A DNA stretch of 63,955 bases, counting the filler, from an uncultured bacterium (GTDB lineage: Bacteria; CAYJRR01), in the NCBI GenBank assembly GCA_964372275.1. It is 4 parts of 4 records of this genome, joined end to end, with 100 filler letters (N's around TTAATTAATTAA, not from the genome) between each part and the next. Parts side by side here need not be neighbours in the genome. Positions count along the whole stretch, not along the records: positions 48,637 to 63,955 come from CAYJRR010000108.1; 3 more parts are not named here. The stretch is one strand, 5' to 3'. Positions 60,601-63,955 of the stretch are shown here, piece by piece (the first letter of the stretch is position 1; each line of letters opens with the position of its first letter). The position numbers and the translations under genes were made by a program. Below the pieces are notes generated by a model, which did no database searches, was not told where the DNA came from, and saw nothing but the letters and a program-made list of their open reading frames with translations.

Positions 60601-63600
60601 GTCGACTTCCTGCTGTTCCCATCCGATCCAACGCGGTTCCAGTCCGGTCCGTCGGTCGCGGCAAACGGCGATCTGAGCTACGTACCGGCCCCCGACGCCA
60701 CCGGCGTGGTGACGGTCACCATCCGGATCCACGACGACGGCGGCACCGACGACGGCGGCGTCGACACCAGCGCCGACCAGACGTTCGTCATCGCGATCAC
60801 CCCGATCAACGACCCGCCGTCGTTCGTCAAGGGGGCCGATCAGACGGTGCTGGAGGACACCGGACCGGTGACCGTCGTCGGCTGGGCGACGTCGGTCTCG
60901 AAGGGTCCCGAGGACGAGTACTACCAGGTGGTCGACTTCGGACTCGTCTCCAACAGCAACAACGCGCTCTTCTCGGTCCAGCCGGCCATCGCCGTCAACG
61001 GGACGACCGGGACGTTGACCTTCACCCCGGCCGCCGACGCCAACGGTGTCGCCACCGTCACCGTCCGCGCCCACGACGACGGGGGCACGGCCGGCGGGGG
61101 GATCGACACCAGCGGCCCGCAGGAGTTCGTCATCACCGTCACTCCGGTGAACGACGTCCCCAGCTTCGTGAAGGGGGCCGATCCGACCGTCGTGGAGGAC
61201 AGCGGATCGACGACGCTCGCCGGATGGGCGACCTCGATCTCGCGGGGGCCGTCCGACGAGTCGGGCCAGACGGTCGACTTCGCGCTGATCAGCAACAGCA
61301 ACAACGCGCTTTTCATCACGCAGCCCGCGATCTCCGCCACCGGGACGCTCACCTTCACCGTCGCCGCCGACCAGTTCGGCGCGGCGACGGTGACCGTGCA
61401 GATCCACGACGACGGCGGCACCGCCAACGGCGGCATCGACACCAGCGCCGTGACGACCTTCGTCATCAACGTGCTCCCGGTCAACGACGTCCCGAGCTTC
61501 ACCAAGGGGGCCGATCAGACCGTCTTCGAGGACGGCGGCGCCGCCACGGTCGCCGGCTGGGCGACCGCCATGTCGCCCGGCGCCCCCGCCAACGAGGCGT
61601 CGCAGGCGGTCGACTTCCTGGTCACCACCAGCGACGACGCGATGTTCGCCGTCCTGCCGGCCGTCTCGCCGAGCGGCACGCTCACGTTCACCCCCGGCAC
61701 GAACCGGTTCGGGTCGGTCGTGGTGTCGGTCCGCATCCACGACGACGGCGGCACCGCCAACGGCGGGGTCGACACCAGCGCCGCGCAGACCTTCAACCTC
61801 GTCATCACCGGCATCAATGACGCCCCGAGCTTCGTGGCGGGGGCGAACGTCACCGTCTTCGAGAATACCGGCGCGCACCTCTTCGCCGGCTGGGCGACGT
61901 CGATCTCCCCCGGGCCGTTCGAGTCGGCGCAGGTGGTGACCTTCACCACGACCAACGACGACAACGGACAGTTCACCGTCCAGCCGACGGTCGCGGCGAA
62001 CGGCGACCTGACCTTTTCCCTCACGCCGGGCCTGTTCGCCACGGTCAACGTGACGGTGTTCGTGTCGGACAGCGGCGGCACCGCGAACGGCGGCGTCGAC
62101 ACCAGCGCGTCGCAGATCTTCCGGATCGTGGTGAAGACGGTCAACGACGAGCCCTCCTTCACCAAGGGGCCCGACGTCACGGTCAACGAGGACGACCCGG
62201 TCGCGGCGACCACCTTCGCCGGCTGGGCGACCGACGTCTCCAAGGGCCCGGCGAACGAGAACTACCAACTCCTGACCTTCTTCGTGACCCCCGCCGATCC
62301 GAGCCTCTTCTCGTCGCCGCCGGCGGTCGACAGCAGCGGACGGTTGACGTTCACCGTCGCTCCCAACAAGAACGGCTCGACCGCGGTCGACATCTACCTG
62401 ATGGACGACGGCGGGACTGAGAACGGCGGCGACGACACCAGTCCCACCCAGTCGTTCAACATCACGATCCGCGCGGTCAACGACCAGCCGACCTTCGTCG
62501 CGGGCGGCGACGTCACCGTCCTGGAGGAGAGCGGCACCTATACTCAGGCGAACTGGGCCACGCTGCCCCTCGCCGGCCCGGCCGACGAATCGGGTCAGAC
62601 GCTGACCTACTCGACCGTCGCGGCCGATACCTCCTACTTTTCCACCCAGCCGTCGGTCGCCGCCGACGGCACCCTCACCTTCACCCTCGCTCCCAACCGG
62701 AGCGGGACGGTCACGGTCAGCGTGTCGCTCGCCGACGACGGCGGCACGCTCTACGGCGGCGTCGACACGATCACCATCCCGTTCCGGGTAGTGATCACCG
62801 ACATCAACGACGAGCCCTCCTTCGTGAAGGGTCCGAACGTGACGGTCACCGAGGACGATCCGCCGTCGAGCTTCGCAGGATGGGCGTCCGCAATTTCCAA
62901 AGGTGGCTTCGGTACCGACGAGTCGTACCAGACGCTCACCTTCTTCCTGTCGGCGGCCGACACGACCCTGTTCGCGGTCCAACCGGCGGTCACGACCTCC
63001 GGAACGCTGAGCTTCGCCGTCGCCTCCAACAGAGTGGGCTCCACCACGGTCGACATCTTCCTGCGTGACAGCGGCGGAACGGCGTTCGGCGGCGACGACC
63101 AGAGCCCGATCCAGACCTTCACCGTCGTCGTCAATCCGATCAACGACGCGCCGGTGGCGACCGACCAGACGGTCACCACCCCGGAGGACACCCCGGTGGC
63201 GATCGTCCCCTCGGGGACCGACACCGAAGGGGATCCGCTGAGCGTGACGGTGCTGACGCTGCCGGCCAACGGCGTTCTCTCCGGCTCGCTGCCGAACCTC
63301 ACCTACACGCCGAACGCGAACTACGTGGGGACCGACAGCTTCACCTTCCGGGTCTTCGACGGCCAGCTCTATTCGCTGCCCGGCACGATCACGATCAACG
63401 TCACCCAGGTCAACGACGCCCCTGTCGTCGCCGACGACACCAAGAGCACCGACGAGGACACGCCGCTCACCTTCACGCTCACCGGAACCGACCTGGAGAA
63501 CGATCCGCTCACCTTCTCGGTGGTGACCGGCGCCGCCAACGGAACGGTCACGCTGTCGGGTGCGGACGTCACCTACACGCCGAACCTGAACTTCAACGGA

Positions 63601-63955
63601 ACCGACAGCTTCACCTACCGGGCGTTCGACGGCGCGCTCTTCTCCGCCACCAAGACGATCACGATCACCGTCAACCCGGTGAACGACCTTCCGGTCGCCG
63701 ACGACCAGACGGTGTCGACGAACGAGGAGACCCCGCTGGCGATCACGCTCACCGGGTCCGACCCGGTCGAGGGGAGCCCGGTCACGTTCGTCAGCATCAG
63801 CGTCCCGTCGGCGGGAACGGTGACCGGCACCGCGCCCAACGTCACCTACACCCCGCCGCTCAACTTCGCAGGCCAGGCGGTCTTCACCTTCCGGGTGAAC
63901 GACGGTACCGCGAACTCCGCCACCACCGGCAAGATCACCATCACCGTCAACCCGG
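48641..63955 (+). CDS. Giant repetitive Ig/cadherin-like surface lipoprotein (>5000 aa, spans the gap, 3'-truncated)
   Basis: Lipobox IAVGC; frame open 48641-52679 and apparently 52780 to window end; about 40 repeats of ~110 aa (VNDxPxF..TVLEDSG..GW..GP..E..Q..LF..P...GTLTFT..G.A.VTV..D.GG...G.D.S..QTF), then ~90-aa VNDAPVA..TxED repeats; start uncertain (48641/48683/48722). Confidence 0.88.
52680..52779. other. Scaffold gap of unknown size inside the repeat gene
   Basis: 100 N with no linker; the same repeat type flanks both sides. Confidence 0.95.

Noticed and set aside
48581-62982. Very long minus-strand ORFs (1324, 2361 and 1133 aa)
   Set aside because: Antisense shadows of the GC-rich repeat gene; Arg/Gly-rich with no domain motifs

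Overview
GC-rich (roughly 65-70% by eye) bacterial draft sequence, most consistent with a Myxococcota/deltaproteobacterial genome or MAG (TIGR02266-type PilZ protein, Myxococcus-like DksA). It is not contiguous: four contigs (1-16194, 16295-32442, 32543-48536, 48637-63955) are joined by artificial N44-TTAATTAATTAA-N44 linkers, and there is a 100-N gap at 52680-52779. The main feature is a very large co-oriented flagellin array on contigs 1 and 3. It holds at least 19 short (~275 aa, D0/D1-only) flagellins in about six subfamilies, five divergent FliS-like chaperone genes, two eroded flagellin-like ORFs and a 74-aa ORF resembling only the flagellin C-terminal tail. A 16-bp palindrome recurs upstream of five flagellin blocks. 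The array is followed by a BNR/sialidase-fold gene, pseB, pseC and a FapA/DUF342 gene. Contig 2 is mostly housekeeping: a polyamine operon with a candidate operator, lpxH, tRNA-Val with radical SAM and RluA genes, purB-purS-purQ-lipoprotein-purL, and ppx. Contig 4 is one >5000-aa repetitive Ig/cadherin-like surface lipoprotein. All calls come from reading motifs by eye; no database searches were run.
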